The notes: a model not told the origin generated them from the letters alone. DNA of 64,000 nt from an uncultured Coriobacteriaceae bacterium (GCA_947426865.1 CANEFS010000002.1:5332-69331), one strand, 5' to 3'; positions 43,422 to 53,963 are shown, numbered from the stretch's first letter. Made by a program: numbers and translations.

Positions 43422-45218
43422 ATGAAAGACGAGATCACTTTAAATAAACAGCTTCCCGAGAAGGGACTAACGCCACGCGCCCTCATAATTGGAGGCGTTG
43501 GATGCGTCGTCCTTACGGCAAGCTCGCTCTTTGTCGCTTTAAAAATGGGAGCCCTCCCCTGGCCCATCGTTTTTGCGGCCCTCGTCTCGGTGGTCTTTTT
43601 GCGCCTTTTCAAAAGTCGCAATCTCCACGAAGCAAATGTTTGTCATGCGGTTATGAGTGCAGGCGCTATGGTTGCAGGAGGTCTTGCCTTTACGCTCCCT
43701 GGCCTATGGATTTTAGGCGCACACTCAGACGGCCTCACCGAGATTTCATTTTGGCAGATTCTTTTAACGGCTCTTTCCGGAACGGCCCTTGGCCTCATCA
43801 TTGCCGCTTCCCTGCAGCCTCTTTTCATACGTCGCAAGTGTCTTGCCTACCCCATTGGAACAAGTGCTGCTCAAACGCTCTTTGCGACCGATCAAGCTGA
43901 CGGCAAAGATGCAAAAACATTTTTTGGAGCCATGAGTCTCTCTGCTCTTTTTGCCCTTCTCCGAGACAACCTTGGCTGGATGCCTGCCTTCTGGAGTGCC
44001 GGCAACATTATTCCCGGCGTGTCTTTGGGCATCATGAACTCGCCCATGATGGCCTCGATTGGTTTCATCATTGGAACGATTCCTGCGGGCGTTTGGTTTC
44101 TGGGCGCCCTTATATCGCTTTTAGGAATTGGGCTTCTCCTTCCTGCCCTAGGTATTATTAGCGCAGAGGCGGTAAATGGCTGGCAAACGTCTCTCGGCCT
44201 TGGCCTCATGATGGGAACAGGAGCAGGAGCTGTTCTTCTCAATGTTTTCTCGGCAGCGTGGGGCAAATGGAAAGCGAGCAAAGAAGCGAGAAACGCAAGC
44301 GAGGCCAGTGAGGCCAGCAACGAAAGCGAAACGTCTAAAGTAGGCGGCATAGACAAGAAAAGCGAAACGAAAGATACGCCTCAGTTGCCAAGCAAGAAAG
44401 AAAACGGAGATCTTTTCGCCATCCACTTCCCCCTTCAGTGGCGCGCCCTCATAATGTCAGCGGTTGCGTGTCTCGTTTGTTTCTTGCTGCACCTTCCCCT
44501 CGTCGCGACCATCATCATTCTTTTGGGCGCTTGGTTTTGCGGTTTTATTTCGGCGTGGCTCACGGGCACCACGGGCGTGAATCCCATGGAAATATTTGGC
44601 GTTCTCGTCCTTCTTCTCATTCAGCTCTTTTGCCATTCTCTTTCGCTTCTCTCCCTTTTTGTGGGAGCGGCAATCGTTGCGGTTGCCTGCGGCATCGTAG
44701 GAGATGTCATGAACGACTTTAAAGCAGGAGACCTTCTTTCAACGAGACCGCAAGACCAATACTTAGGCATGGTTTTTGGTGGCTTAATTGGAGCGGTCGT
44801 TGCCTCGGCCATGCTCTTTGCGCTTTTTAAGGTCTACGGACCGGACGCTTTCGGCCCCCAGTCGTTTTTTGTCTCAGCTCAGGCCTCTGTGGTGGCGACA
44901 ATGGCGGGAGGCATTCCTGTCGTGCCAGTATTTATCGCTGGAATTTTCATCGGACTTATCCTCGCACTTTGCAAACTTCCGGTGATGACTTTAGGTTTGG
45001 GCGTCTACCTGCCGTTTTACATGAGTGCCGCTGCTTTTCTTGGCGCGGCTTTACAGGTTGCTCTTGCTTCTTACGACAAAAAGAAGTTCAAAACAGAGAA
45101 GAAAAGAAGGGCGAAAGAAGAAACGTATGCCGCAGCCGCCTCTGGCGTCCTGGGCGGAGAGTCGCTCATTGGCGTAACGAGCGCTCTTTTCGCGCTCTTC
45201 TCGACATTTCACTTTTAA
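43422..45218 (+). CDS. OPT-family oligopeptide transporter
   Basis: About 16 hydrophobic segments; N-terminal LTPRALIIGGVGCVVLTASSLFVALKMG is typical of bacterial OPT proteins. Confidence 0.8.
   Translation: MKDEITLNKQLPEKGLTPRALIIGGVGCVVLTASSLFVALKMGALPWPIVFAALVSVVFLRLFKSRNLHEANVCHAVMSAGAMVAGGLAFTLPGLWILGAHSDGLTEISFWQILLTALSGTALGLIIAASLQPLFIRRKCLAYPIGTSAAQTLFATDQADGKDAKTFFGAMSLSALFALLRDNLGWMPAFWSAGNIIPGVSLGIMNSPMMASIGFIIGTIPAGVWFLGALISLLGIGLLLPALGIISAEAVNGWQTSLGLGLMMGTGAGAVLLNVFSAAWGKWKASKEARNASEASEASNESETSKVGGIDKKSETKDTPQLPSKKENGDLFAIHFPLQWRALIMSAVACLVCFLLHLPLVATIIILLGAWFCGFISAWLTGTTGVNPMEIFGVLVLLLIQLFCHSLSLLSLFVGAAIVAVACGIVGDVMNDFKAGDLLSTRPQDQYLGMVFGGLIGAVVASAMLFALFKVYGPDAFGPQSFFVSAQASVVATMAGGIPVVPVFIAGIFIGLILALCKLPVMTLGLGVYLPFYMSAAAFLGAALQVALASYDKKKFKTEKKRRAKEETYAAAASGVLGGESLIGVTSALFALFSTFHF
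44298..44333 (+). repeat. In-frame 9-nt tandem repeat encoding S-E-A-S-E-A-S-N-E-S-E-T in a loop of the OPT transporter
   Basis: agcgaggcc agtgaggcc agcaacgaa agcgaaacg. Confidence 0.8.
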
Positions 45219-45230
45219 AGCTTGAAATAA

Positions 45231-46082
45231 CTACGACAATTTTGAGAGGGCTTGCCCTAAAGCATCGCCGACGTGCTCAATCTTTGTTCCAAGGTCTTGC
45301 TGCATCTTAGGAAGGCTCGAGACGACAAACTCGTTAAGAACGTTCGATGTGACGTCGTTGATGATGCCGTCGGTTGCATTGCTTACCGCAACCTCAACTT
45401 TATCCGCGATTTTCTCGAACTCTTTTAAGACATCGGTTTGAGGCGTCTCGCCGGTGGGAATGCCTGCAAGCGCAGAACCATGAGCTTGAATTGCTATCGC
45501 TAAATTGACAACAGAACAGAAGATGAAAAGCGGCGACTTTTTCGCAAGCAAAGCTCCCAGCAAAAAGACGGCAGGGATGACCACGCCGCCGATGCAAAGA
45601 TATTTCGTTGCCACAACAGATCCAAGACCGATTAAAGCAGAGGGAATTCCCCACGCAGGCCAAGCGACCATCATCGCGGTCGTCATCGTGGCGACACCTT
45701 TGCCACCCTGAAAATCGTGCAACGCCGGAAAGCAGTGTCCAAGAGTAACAGCTGTGCCAGAAAGCATCGCAGCATCTTCTCTGGAAAGGGCAGGACCGGC
45801 AAGAGCAATCGTCAGCCATTGGGCAGCGACTGTTTTAAACGCATCACCAAAAAGGGTTATCGCACCGGCTTCGGGACCCAGAGCTGCAGCGATGGAGGCC
45901 ATGCCAGGGTTTCCCTCACCCACTTGAGTTGCGTCTTTGCCGGCAAATTTCTTGGCCACCAAATCAGCGGTCAGAAAGTTTCCCGCAGCATAACTTGCAG
46001 CAACACCTGCGACCGCTCCTAAAGTGCTGGCCACTTTCCCTTTTTGTCGTTGCTGCTTTTTCGTTTTCATCATGTCCACCAT
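45231..46082 (-). CDS. plsY: PlsY-type glycerol-3-phosphate acyltransferase with a ~90-aa C-terminal extension
   Basis: GEGNPGMASI and HCFPALHDFQGGKGVAT motifs. The start is ambiguous (46082, 46073 or 46070). Confidence 0.8.
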   Translation of the reverse strand: MVDMMKTKKQQRQKGKVASTLGAVAGVAASYAAGNFLTADLVAKKFAGKDATQVGEGNPGMASIAAALGPEAGAITLFGDAFKTVAAQWLTIALAGPALSREDAAMLSGTAVTLGHCFPALHDFQGGKGVATMTTAMMVAWPAWGIPSALIGLGSVVATKYLCIGGVVIPAVFLLGALLAKKSPLFIFCSVVNLAIAIQAHGSALAGIPTGETPQTDVLKEFEKIADKVEVAVSNATDGIINDVTSNVLNEFVVSSLPKMQQDLGTKIEHVGDALGQALSKLS

Positions 46083-46093
46083 TATGCCACTGT

Positions 46094-46099
46094 TAGAAT
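46094..46099 (+). promoter_or_regulatory. -10 element TAGAAT placed 6 nt before the dgt-like ATG (leaderless mRNA candidate)
   Basis: TAGAAT-agatac-ATG, with no SD sequence between. Confidence 0.4.
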
Positions 46100-46105
46100 A
46101 GATAC

Positions 46106-47428
46106 ATGGAGAAAAAATCAAGCGAACAAATAGCTTTTCACCCAAACGATCAAGCGCCCGAGAAGACCGAAGAGGTGCGAGAAAACAAACTCGCCCCCCA
46201 CCTTGGAAAAGGTCCTTCCTTGGAGACCTTGGCGCGCCTCAACTCCGCCTACGGAGAAAACGGCCACGTCTACACAAGCCAATACGCAACGCCTGATTCG
46301 TCCGCTTTGCGCCGCGTTAACGACGCCCGCGACATCGCCTCCCCGTTGCGCCCAGCCTTTCTTCGCGATATCGAAAAAATTATGCACACACCTGCTTTCA
46401 ACCGCCTTGCAGGAAAGACTCAGGTGTTTAGCTTTCGTGCCAACGACGACCTCACCCGACGCGGCCTGCACGTCCAGCTCGTCAGTCGCGTTGCCCGAGA
46501 CATCGGAAGTGCCCTTGGTCTCAACACGGATTTGATTGAAGCAATAGCACTTGGCCATGACATAGGACACACCCCCTTTGGCCATGCGGGAGAGACCTTC
46601 CTCAACAACGTCTATCATGAGCGCACCGGCCGCTGGTTCTTCCATAATGTTCACTCCGTTCGCGTCCTCGATACGCTCTACGGCAGGAACTTGACGCTCC
46701 AAACGCTCGATGGAATTCTCGCTCATAACGGCGAGTACGAAGCGGCGCACTTCTCAACAAGCAATCTTTCAACCTTTGAAGAGTTCGACGAAATCGTCGA
46801 GCGCTGCATCGCAACGGGAAAAGGGGCGATTGGGAAAATTCGTCCCATGACACTTGAAGGCTGCGTCGTGCGCATCTCCGACATCATCGCCTACGTAGGC
46901 AAAGATCGCCAGGATGCGGTGCGTGCCCTGAAGGTCGGAAAAGACACGTTCGCAGACGGCCTGGGCTCCTACTACAACTCATGGGCGCTCGATGCTTTTA
47001 TCGCCGACATTGTCGAGAATAGCCTAGGAAAAGGCGAAATTTCTATGAGCAAAGCCGCCTTTGAAGAGTTGCGCCGAGCGAAGAAGGAAAACGGCGAGAA
47101 AATCTATTTCGCAAACGAGGTTGGCAAAGAAACACGCGTGACTATCGCCCCTCTGTTTGAGATGGTCTACGACGCCGCCTACGAGGACCTGAAAGAAGGG
47201 CTCAGCAACTCTCCTATCATGGCGCACTCCATCCGCCCCATTCAAGAAGCGCTTTCGCATTACGGCAGAACCTACGATTGGGAAGCCGATTTCGACCAAA
47301 CCGTCGTCGATTTTATCGCCAGCATGACAGACGATTACTTCATCGCCTACGTCGAGCATCTGGATAAAGAAGCGGCAAAACTTTTTCCCCATCGCGGTTA
47401 CTTCGACAACCTTCTTGAGGCAAACTAA
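46106..47428 (+). CDS. dGTPase-like HD-domain triphosphohydrolase
   Basis: FNRLAGKTQVF and LGHDIGHTPFGHAGE motifs. Confidence 0.88.
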   Translation: MEKKSSEQIAFHPNDQAPEKTEEVRENKLAPHLGKGPSLETLARLNSAYGENGHVYTSQYATPDSSALRRVNDARDIASPLRPAFLRDIEKIMHTPAFNRLAGKTQVFSFRANDDLTRRGLHVQLVSRVARDIGSALGLNTDLIEAIALGHDIGHTPFGHAGETFLNNVYHERTGRWFFHNVHSVRVLDTLYGRNLTLQTLDGILAHNGEYEAAHFSTSNLSTFEEFDEIVERCIATGKGAIGKIRPMTLEGCVVRISDIIAYVGKDRQDAVRALKVGKDTFADGLGSYYNSWALDAFIADIVENSLGKGEISMSKAAFEELRRAKKENGEKIYFANEVGKETRVTIAPLFEMVYDAAYEDLKEGLSNSPIMAHSIRPIQEALSHYGRTYDWEADFDQTVVDFIASMTDDYFIAYVEHLDKEAAKLFPHRGYFDNLLEAN

Positions 47429-47466
47429 AAACAAATCAACCATCACCATTCGTTCAAAGGATTCGC

Positions 47467-48315
47467 ATGAGCAAAGCAGATCAGATATTCGTTGAGTCAG
47501 TTGAAGATATTCTGAAAAACGGAACGACCACAGAAGGCGAAAAGGTTCGTCCCAAGTGGCCGGACGGAGAACCTGCCTATGCTATTAAAAAGTTTGGGTT
47601 GGTAAATCGCTACGATTTGCGCGAAGAGTTTCCGGCCCTCACCCTTCGTCGCACCGCTTTGAAATCTGCGATGGATGAGATTCTCTGGATTTATCAAAAG
47701 AAATCGAATCGCGTTGCCGACCTTAACTCTCACATCTGGGATTCTTGGACGGACGAACAAGGCACGATTGGCAAAGCGTACGGCTACCAAATTGGCCAAA
47801 AAGCACAGTATCCTGAGGGCGAAATGGATCAGATGGACCGTGTTTTGTACGACTTGAAAAACACGCCCTTCTCGCGTCGCATCATTACGAGTACCTACAA
47901 CTTTGCCGACCTGCACGCTATGGAGCTCTATCCTTGCGCCTACTCCACCACTTGGAACGTCACGCAAACAAAAGGTGAGAAGCGCCTCACTTTGAACTTG
48001 CTTCTGAATCAGCGTTCGCAAGATATGCTCACCGCCAACAATTGGAACGTTGCCCAATACACCCTTCTCCTCATGATGGTGGCGCAAGTCAGCGACATGG
48101 TCCCCGGCGAACTTTTACACGTTGTCGCCGACGCTCACATTTACGACCGCCATGTCCCCCTTATCAAAGAGCTGATTGAGAGAAAACAATATCCCGCCCC
48201 CACCGTCCGCCTGAATCCTGAAATCCACGACTTCTACGAGTTCACCACCGACGACCTCATCGTCGAGAACTACGAGCACGGCGAACAAATCAAAAATATC
48301 CCAGTGGCAATCTAG
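47467..48315 (+). CDS. thyA: Thymidylate synthase (ThyA)
   Basis: RRIITSTYN, YPCAYS (catalytic Cys), NQRSQD and DAHIY motifs. Confidence 0.94.
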   Translation: MSKADQIFVESVEDILKNGTTTEGEKVRPKWPDGEPAYAIKKFGLVNRYDLREEFPALTLRRTALKSAMDEILWIYQKKSNRVADLNSHIWDSWTDEQGTIGKAYGYQIGQKAQYPEGEMDQMDRVLYDLKNTPFSRRIITSTYNFADLHAMELYPCAYSTTWNVTQTKGEKRLTLNLLLNQRSQDMLTANNWNVAQYTLLLMMVAQVSDMVPGELLHVVADAHIYDRHVPLIKELIERKQYPAPTVRLNPEIHDFYEFTTDDLIVENYEHGEQIKNIPVAI

Positions 48316-48391
48316 GGGCAGTCTCAAAGGCGAGCAAGGATTGCCGAGGTTTTTCCAGGGGCGTCAGAAGTTCATTAAAGAAAGAAACACT

Positions 48392-48949
48392 ATGAAACCC
48401 ATTTTAAAGACGATAGTTTCTGTAACGAAGGATTGGGCAATAGGAGCCGCAGGAGACCTCCTCATCTACAACCCCAAAGACATGGCCTTTTTTAAGGAGC
48501 AGACGACAGGAGATATCGTCATCATGGGCTGGAATACGCTGCTCTCCCTTCCTCAGCAAAAGCCCCTCTCCAACAGGCGCAATATCGTTCTCTACGACAA
48601 CGTTTCTTTCACGCAAGAAGAAGCTGCCGAAAAGGGCTTCGAAGTTGCCCACAACCTCGACGAGGTTTTTGAGCTTCTCGAAAAGCCTGACCCGAAAGGA
48701 CTCATTGAGACAAATGTCGCTTGGTCGATAGGAGGAGCGATGCTTTACAAGACGCTTCTTCCTTATTGCGCAGAAGCACTCGTTACCATGAACGATGTTT
48801 GCTTAAAAGACAAAGCCGACGTTTTCTTCCCAAATCTTCTCGAAAATGCTGATTGGGAACTAGCTGCCGAAACGGACGGCGGCATAACAGAAGAGGGCTT
48901 TGACTATGCGTTTCAAACGTATAAAAACAAAGCCCCTAAAACGTTCTAA
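48392..48949 (+). CDS. folA: Dihydrofolate reductase
   Basis: Follows thyA. IVIMGWNTLLSLP and SIGGAMLYK motifs. ATG 48392 is preferred over the longer ORF. Confidence 0.8.
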   Translation: MKPILKTIVSVTKDWAIGAAGDLLIYNPKDMAFFKEQTTGDIVIMGWNTLLSLPQQKPLSNRRNIVLYDNVSFTQEEAAEKGFEVAHNLDEVFELLEKPDPKGLIETNVAWSIGGAMLYKTLLPYCAEALVTMNDVCLKDKADVFFPNLLENADWELAAETDGGITEEGFDYAFQTYKNKAPKTF

Positions 48950-49010
48950 ATTATTTCTAAAAGCTTCTCTAAAAAATTCTAAAAGCCTTTAAAAGTTTTC
49001 TTAAATATTT

Positions 49011-50213
49011 TTATTGGGCCTCAAAAGGGTGAATGGTCACGCCTTTTACAACGCGATTGACCGTCCCGGTGGGGCTCGGCGTATCGGGCGTATTTTCCAC
49101 CTTAATTGAATTCTTAAGGGCAATCGCTTGAGCAACCAAAATGAAAGGGAGCGCCAAGTAGACGTCGGGAAGCGGCAGGAAGTCTTCGAAGGTAAAGGCT
49201 GTTCCCGAGAAGAGCTTTTCGTCAGAGCCCACATTTTGCTGGATAGCAACGGTCTCAAGCGCAATATTGTCCGAATCAATCTCGTTCAAGATATCCAAGT
49301 CGTAGTGGCGAGTATAGACGTCGTTTGAGACAAAAACGAAAACGAGCGTTTTGTCGTCCACAAATGACTTTGGTCCGTGACGATATCCCATTGAAGAATC
49401 CCATGAGGTTGCGATAAGGCCATGCGCAAGCTCGAGGATTTTCAGCTGCGCTTCTTGCGCAAGACCAGAGAAGCAACCCGAACCCAAAAACGTTACACGT
49501 TTAAAATTTCCCGAGAGCCACTTGGCAATTTTTTCCTCTTGATCTAAAGCCACCTGACCCATGCTAGCGGCCGTTTCAACAAAGAGGGTTTTTTCGGCAG
49601 AGGAAGTGGGGTCGAAGATGAGGGTTGCAAGTAAAGCCATGCAGCTAAACGAGCCTGTCATCGCAAAGCCTTTGTCGTTTGCTTTAGGGATGAGCAGTGT
49701 GTAGGCGCGAGGATCTGTCGCACCGGCTTTCGCGAGCTCCCCATCTGGAGCACAGGTGATGTGGAGGAAACGGATGTCTTTCACGAGCTTTCCGGCAATC
49801 TCTACGGCAGCAAGCGACTCGGGACTGTTTCCGGAACGCGCGAAGCTCACGAGCAGGCAGGGCTCTCCTGGATTGAGATAGTTGAAGGGCGCAGAAACGA
49901 TATCGGTTGTCGCAATAGGAGAAAACGTGAAGGCATCTCTTTCACCTACGCGATTCAAATAAGGGGCGATGGTATCGCCTACGTAATCGGAGGTGCCGGC
50001 ACCGGTAAAGACGACACGAATGGGACGGTTCTCACCCTTTGCTTCCAGTTCCTCTTTAAATTTTGCAAGAAACTCTTCGACCTCTTGCTTGTGCTCTTCG
50101 TAGATGGCAAGTGTTTCCTGCCAGAGCTCGGGCTGCTGCTGAATTTCTTTCGTCGTGATGTGAGCGCCTAATTCTTGGAGCTTCTCAGGCGTTTCGCTAA
50201 ACAATGAAATCAT
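49011..50213 (-). CDS. agaS: AgaS-like double-SIS sugar isomerase/deaminase
   Basis: GAHITTKEIQQQPELWQ N-terminus and two SIS domains. ATG 50213 has a GAAAGAGGA RBS. Confidence 0.8.
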   Translation of the reverse strand: MISLFSETPEKLQELGAHITTKEIQQQPELWQETLAIYEEHKQEVEEFLAKFKEELEAKGENRPIRVVFTGAGTSDYVGDTIAPYLNRVGERDAFTFSPIATTDIVSAPFNYLNPGEPCLLVSFARSGNSPESLAAVEIAGKLVKDIRFLHITCAPDGELAKAGATDPRAYTLLIPKANDKGFAMTGSFSCMALLATLIFDPTSSAEKTLFVETAASMGQVALDQEEKIAKWLSGNFKRVTFLGSGCFSGLAQEAQLKILELAHGLIATSWDSSMGYRHGPKSFVDDKTLVFVFVSNDVYTRHYDLDILNEIDSDNIALETVAIQQNVGSDEKLFSGTAFTFEDFLPLPDVYLALPFILVAQAIALKNSIKVENTPDTPSPTGTVNRVVKGVTIHPFEAQ

Positions 50214-50283
50214 GTGTCCTCTTTCTCGATTCGTATTTTTTCTCAATCCATTTCTTTCTTGATACGTTTTTCATCTCTCGATT

Positions 50284-51198
50284 CTAACGGTTTTTTGTAG
50301 CCTTCTCTAAATTGCTGCTTAGAATTTCTTCTGCAGTGTTTTGCATCTTCTCAACCAGGACACGCTTCTTGAGCGTTTTGTCGCGCCTCACCATGGGGCC
50401 AACGTAGACGGTAAAGCCGGGACGGCCAAGAAGGCGATTGAGACAAATCTTTTTTGTAGGCACGAGCGTGACGCAAATGATAGGAACTTTAAAAAAGTTC
50501 GCTAAACGAAACGTTCCGTTGTGGAAAGGATGAAGTTTAGTGGCGTAAGGATGAAGATTGCCCTCGGGAAAGATTAAGACGCACTCCCCCGATTCAAGTG
50601 CCTGCCTTTGCTTTGCAACCATTCCGCGCCAGTCAATGAGATTGTCGCCCACAAACACCGTTCCAAAAGCGCGCACTAAAGGACTGTAGATTTTGTTTCG
50701 ACCGTTTTCTGCCAGCGAGAGAATTTGTAAATGCAAGGGCCAAAGGGCAACGCCTGCCATCGCCACGTCGAGAAGAGCAATGTGGTTGCAAACGACAAAC
50801 GAGCTTCGAAATTTCTTTAACTCTCGGCGCGCCTTCCATTGGGGAAGCCACTTATACGTTAGGGGATCGGCAGGGGTTTTTGAAGTGGGGTCGGCGTTGG
50901 TAGCGTTGAAGGAATTGGGGGCGTTGCAGGAAGCAGCAGTGTTGGTGGCATGAGAGGCTTTGAGAGCAACGTCCTTTTGAGACGCTTGCTCATCAGAACT
51001 TTCCGCCCCGTTTCGCCCCTCTTCTTGAGGCCATGTTTTCAAGGAAGAGAAGTTATAGCGCACCGAAAAACCGTACCATAGTTTGAGGTGAATCTTTAGA
51101 AGCGGATAGGCGAAATGGTACAAAAGCGAATGCAAAAACTTTTGCAAGGGCGTTTCGAGCGGATTGAGCTCCGAGCGAGTTGGCTTGTGGATTCTCAT
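50284..51198 (-). CDS. plsC: 1-acyl-sn-glycerol-3-phosphate acyltransferase family protein
   Basis: CNHIALLD (HxxxxD) and FPEGN motifs; 4-nt overlap with the upstream GT4 gene. Confidence 0.82.
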   Translation of the reverse strand: MRIHKPTRSELNPLETPLQKFLHSLLYHFAYPLLKIHLKLWYGFSVRYNFSSLKTWPQEEGRNGAESSDEQASQKDVALKASHATNTAASCNAPNSFNATNADPTSKTPADPLTYKWLPQWKARRELKKFRSSFVVCNHIALLDVAMAGVALWPLHLQILSLAENGRNKIYSPLVRAFGTVFVGDNLIDWRGMVAKQRQALESGECVLIFPEGNLHPYATKLHPFHNGTFRLANFFKVPIICVTLVPTKKICLNRLLGRPGFTVYVGPMVRRDKTLKKRVLVEKMQNTAEEILSSNLEKATKNR

Positions 51199-52394
51199 AC
51201 TTTTCGCCGGGGGAAGGAGGGCAGCGAGGGCGCCAAAGAAATTTCAGGAACAGGAAGAAGATTGCGCTCGTAAGCCTCGCGGTCTTCCTCGATTGCTTCC
51301 TCCTCCATCTTGAGAAATTGGACAACGCATGCAGGAACTGAAAACTGTTTTGCCTCTTCTTGGTAAAACGGTTTCCAGTGGCGACGCGCCTCGGGGTGTT
51401 CGGTCCAATAATCGATTCTGTCTCTCAACTGAAGCGAATCTTCAGCATCAAAAAGCGACTCTTCGCAAAGAGCAAAAGCTGAAGGAGCAGACAAGGGGGC
51501 TTTTCCAATGACCGGAATAGCGCCCGCAGCAAAACCTTCCAAAACGCTCATAGCCTCAATATCGACAAGCGAGGCATGCACGTAGAGATCGCACTTCTGC
51601 TCCAAGCTGAGAAGTTCTCTCTCGGAAAGGAAATCGAAACGGGCATCAACGCCAGCCTCTTCTGCTTGTCGCTTCAAGTCCTCTTCCAAGTTTCCTTTTC
51701 CACAAACATGCAACACGATATCGGAGACATGGCGAGAAGCGCCAATAGCCGCGATAATCGTCTTCTGGTTTTTCTCGGGAGCGTAACGGCCCACCGTCAC
51801 AATGTGAATTTTTCCATCGTCAAAAGAAGCGTTCTCATCTGGTTGGAAGTAAGTAGGAACGCCGTTTGAAATCACGTGGAGATTCGTCTCGTAATCGTGC
51901 TCTTCTAGCTGCTTTTTAATCATTTCTGAAGGGCACTGGACATGACGAACGTGGTTGTAAAGGCGATGTTTGAAAAAGGAAAAAATTGCATCCGATAAAG
52001 CAGGAGCCTCGTCAAACCCAGCATTGTAGGTCATGTTTTGAGGCTGCAAATGGAAAGCCGCGCTCACAGGTATTTTATGCTTGCGTGCCCATAGAAGGGC
52101 TTGAGCCTCTAGAGTGAATGGCAGAAATAAATGCACGATGTCAACGTCGCTTAGCGCCTCTTCAAAAATCTCCGGACTTGGCTCCCCAAAGGTGAAACCG
52201 CAAGAAGAGGAAATACGCGTGATAAGGGGAATTTGGCGCATGGGAACGGGATAGGAATCGGGACCCTCAGCACCGTATCCAATCATCTTTACGGTATGGC
52301 CCATGTCGCGAAGAGCTTTGCAGTAGCGCGTCGCGCTGGCATAAATGCCGTTGGAGTTTCCTCTTAAATCATCTGTTACAAACGCTATGTTCAT
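51195..52394 (-). CDS. Family-4 glycosyltransferase (glycolipid synthase-like)
   Basis: GT-B fold pattern and the E-x7-E region (EGFAAGAIPV...). Operonic with plsC. Confidence 0.8.
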   Translation of the reverse strand: MNIAFVTDDLRGNSNGIYASATRYCKALRDMGHTVKMIGYGAEGPDSYPVPMRQIPLITRISSSCGFTFGEPSPEIFEEALSDVDIVHLFLPFTLEAQALLWARKHKIPVSAAFHLQPQNMTYNAGFDEAPALSDAIFSFFKHRLYNHVRHVQCPSEMIKKQLEEHDYETNLHVISNGVPTYFQPDENASFDDGKIHIVTVGRYAPEKNQKTIIAAIGASRHVSDIVLHVCGKGNLEEDLKRQAEEAGVDARFDFLSERELLSLEQKCDLYVHASLVDIEAMSVLEGFAAGAIPVIGKAPLSAPSAFALCEESLFDAEDSLQLRDRIDYWTEHPEARRHWKPFYQEEAKQFSVPACVVQFLKMEEEAIEEDREAYERNLLPVPEISLAPSLPSFPRRKV

Positions 52395-52551
52395 GCCGTC
52401 GTTTCAACCTTGGCGCTTAATACTTGCGCGCATCAGTTAATGCGTATCTTTCTGCTTTTTTGTAAGGCCTAATACAAACCCGTTTATAATGAATACGCAC
52501 GAAGGAACATTTTACAACAAGCAAGGTGCTCAAAGTTTCAGGAGACATTCC

Positions 52552-53775
52552 ATGGATTTTACAACCATACTTTTAATTGTTTTAACAGCGCTTATTTGCC
52601 TCGTTTTTATTGCGGTGCTCAATATTCTTTTCAAAAATCATTTTTCACTTGCAGCTTCAAAGCAAGAAGCCGATGCAGCACAAGCCACCGCCGAGCAGGG
52701 AATCGAAGCTGTCGCCCGACAACAAGCAGCTGACACTGCAACTCTTCAGGCAACCCTCGCCGCCCAGGCTCAAAATATCAACGTCCTCACTGAGCGCATG
52801 GACTCGCTTCGCAATTCCTTAACCGACCAACTCTCGCGCGATTCTCAAAACCTCACGGCGCGCATGATGGCTCAAATGGGACAGATTGACCAAAAACTTG
52901 CCGCGGTTAACACCGGCTTGGGTCAGATGTCGAATCTTGCAAGCTCTGTCGGCGACCTCCAAAAAGTACTCGGCAACGTTAAAACGCGCGGCAACCTGGG
53001 CGAGGTCCAGCTTTCCGCCCTCCTCTCCGAGATTCTCGCTCCCTCCCAATACGAGGAGAACGTCGCCACAAAACCGGGCTCGACAAAGCGCGTTGAGTTT
53101 GCCGTTCGCATCCCAACCGGGGGCAACGAAAAGATTCTTTTGCCCATCGACGCCAAGTTCCCTGGCGACACTTACGCTTCTCTCATAGACGCCAGCGAAA
53201 CGGGTGATCCAGCTGCTTTAGAAACCGCCCGTAAAAATCTTGTAGATACTGTTCGAAGGGAGGCGAAGGACATTTCCGAGAAGTACATCTCGGTTCCCTC
53301 CACGACAAACTTCGCTCTTATGTTTTTGCCTTTTGAAGGGCTCTACGCAGAAGTCGTCCAACAGCCAGAGCTCATCGAGAAACTTTCAAGGGATTACTCA
53401 GTAACGGTTGCCGGTCCTTCAACGATTGTTGCCCTCCTCAACAGCTTACAAATGAGTTATCAAACCATCGCTATTCAAAAGCAAACAAACGATATCTTGC
53501 GTGTCCTTCAAAGCGTTAAAGCGGAGATGCCAAAGTACCAAGCAAGCCTTATGAAGGCAAAGCGTCAAATCGATACAGCCGGTAAGACACTGGATGAAAT
53601 AATTACCACCCGCACGAATGTCATGGAAAGAAAACTGAAAGACATATCCCTTCCCAAACAGCTTCAAGGAGCAGGGAAAGAGCGAACTGATTCGAACTTT
53701 TCTCGCGACAGTTTTGAAGGGAAGGAAGCCCCCATCCAAGAAGTGGAATTTAAAACAGAAACTTTAGATGGTTAG
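52552..53775 (+). CDS. rmuC: DNA recombination protein RmuC
   Basis: N-terminal TM, coiled coil and the RmuC nuclease-like core. ATG 52552 has an AGGAGA RBS. Confidence 0.88.
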   Translation: MDFTTILLIVLTALICLVFIAVLNILFKNHFSLAASKQEADAAQATAEQGIEAVARQQAADTATLQATLAAQAQNINVLTERMDSLRNSLTDQLSRDSQNLTARMMAQMGQIDQKLAAVNTGLGQMSNLASSVGDLQKVLGNVKTRGNLGEVQLSALLSEILAPSQYEENVATKPGSTKRVEFAVRIPTGGNEKILLPIDAKFPGDTYASLIDASETGDPAALETARKNLVDTVRREAKDISEKYISVPSTTNFALMFLPFEGLYAEVVQQPELIEKLSRDYSVTVAGPSTIVALLNSLQMSYQTIAIQKQTNDILRVLQSVKAEMPKYQASLMKAKRQIDTAGKTLDEIITTRTNVMERKLKDISLPKQLQGAGKERTDSNFSRDSFEGKEAPIQEVEFKTETLDG

Positions 53776-53963
53776 ATAGCCGGTCCGAAAAAACCCCGAA
53801 ACATGTTCTGCAGCCTGGAGAGCCTGATTAAAAACGCTCAGTACCTGCTTATCCATTAAAGCAAAACAGGTATCTGCGAGCTAACGTAAAAAGCAATAGA
53901 AAAAAGAGAGTCATTATTTCTGTATTGCACTAGATGCGGGACTAGACGAAGAGGAGAAAAGCT

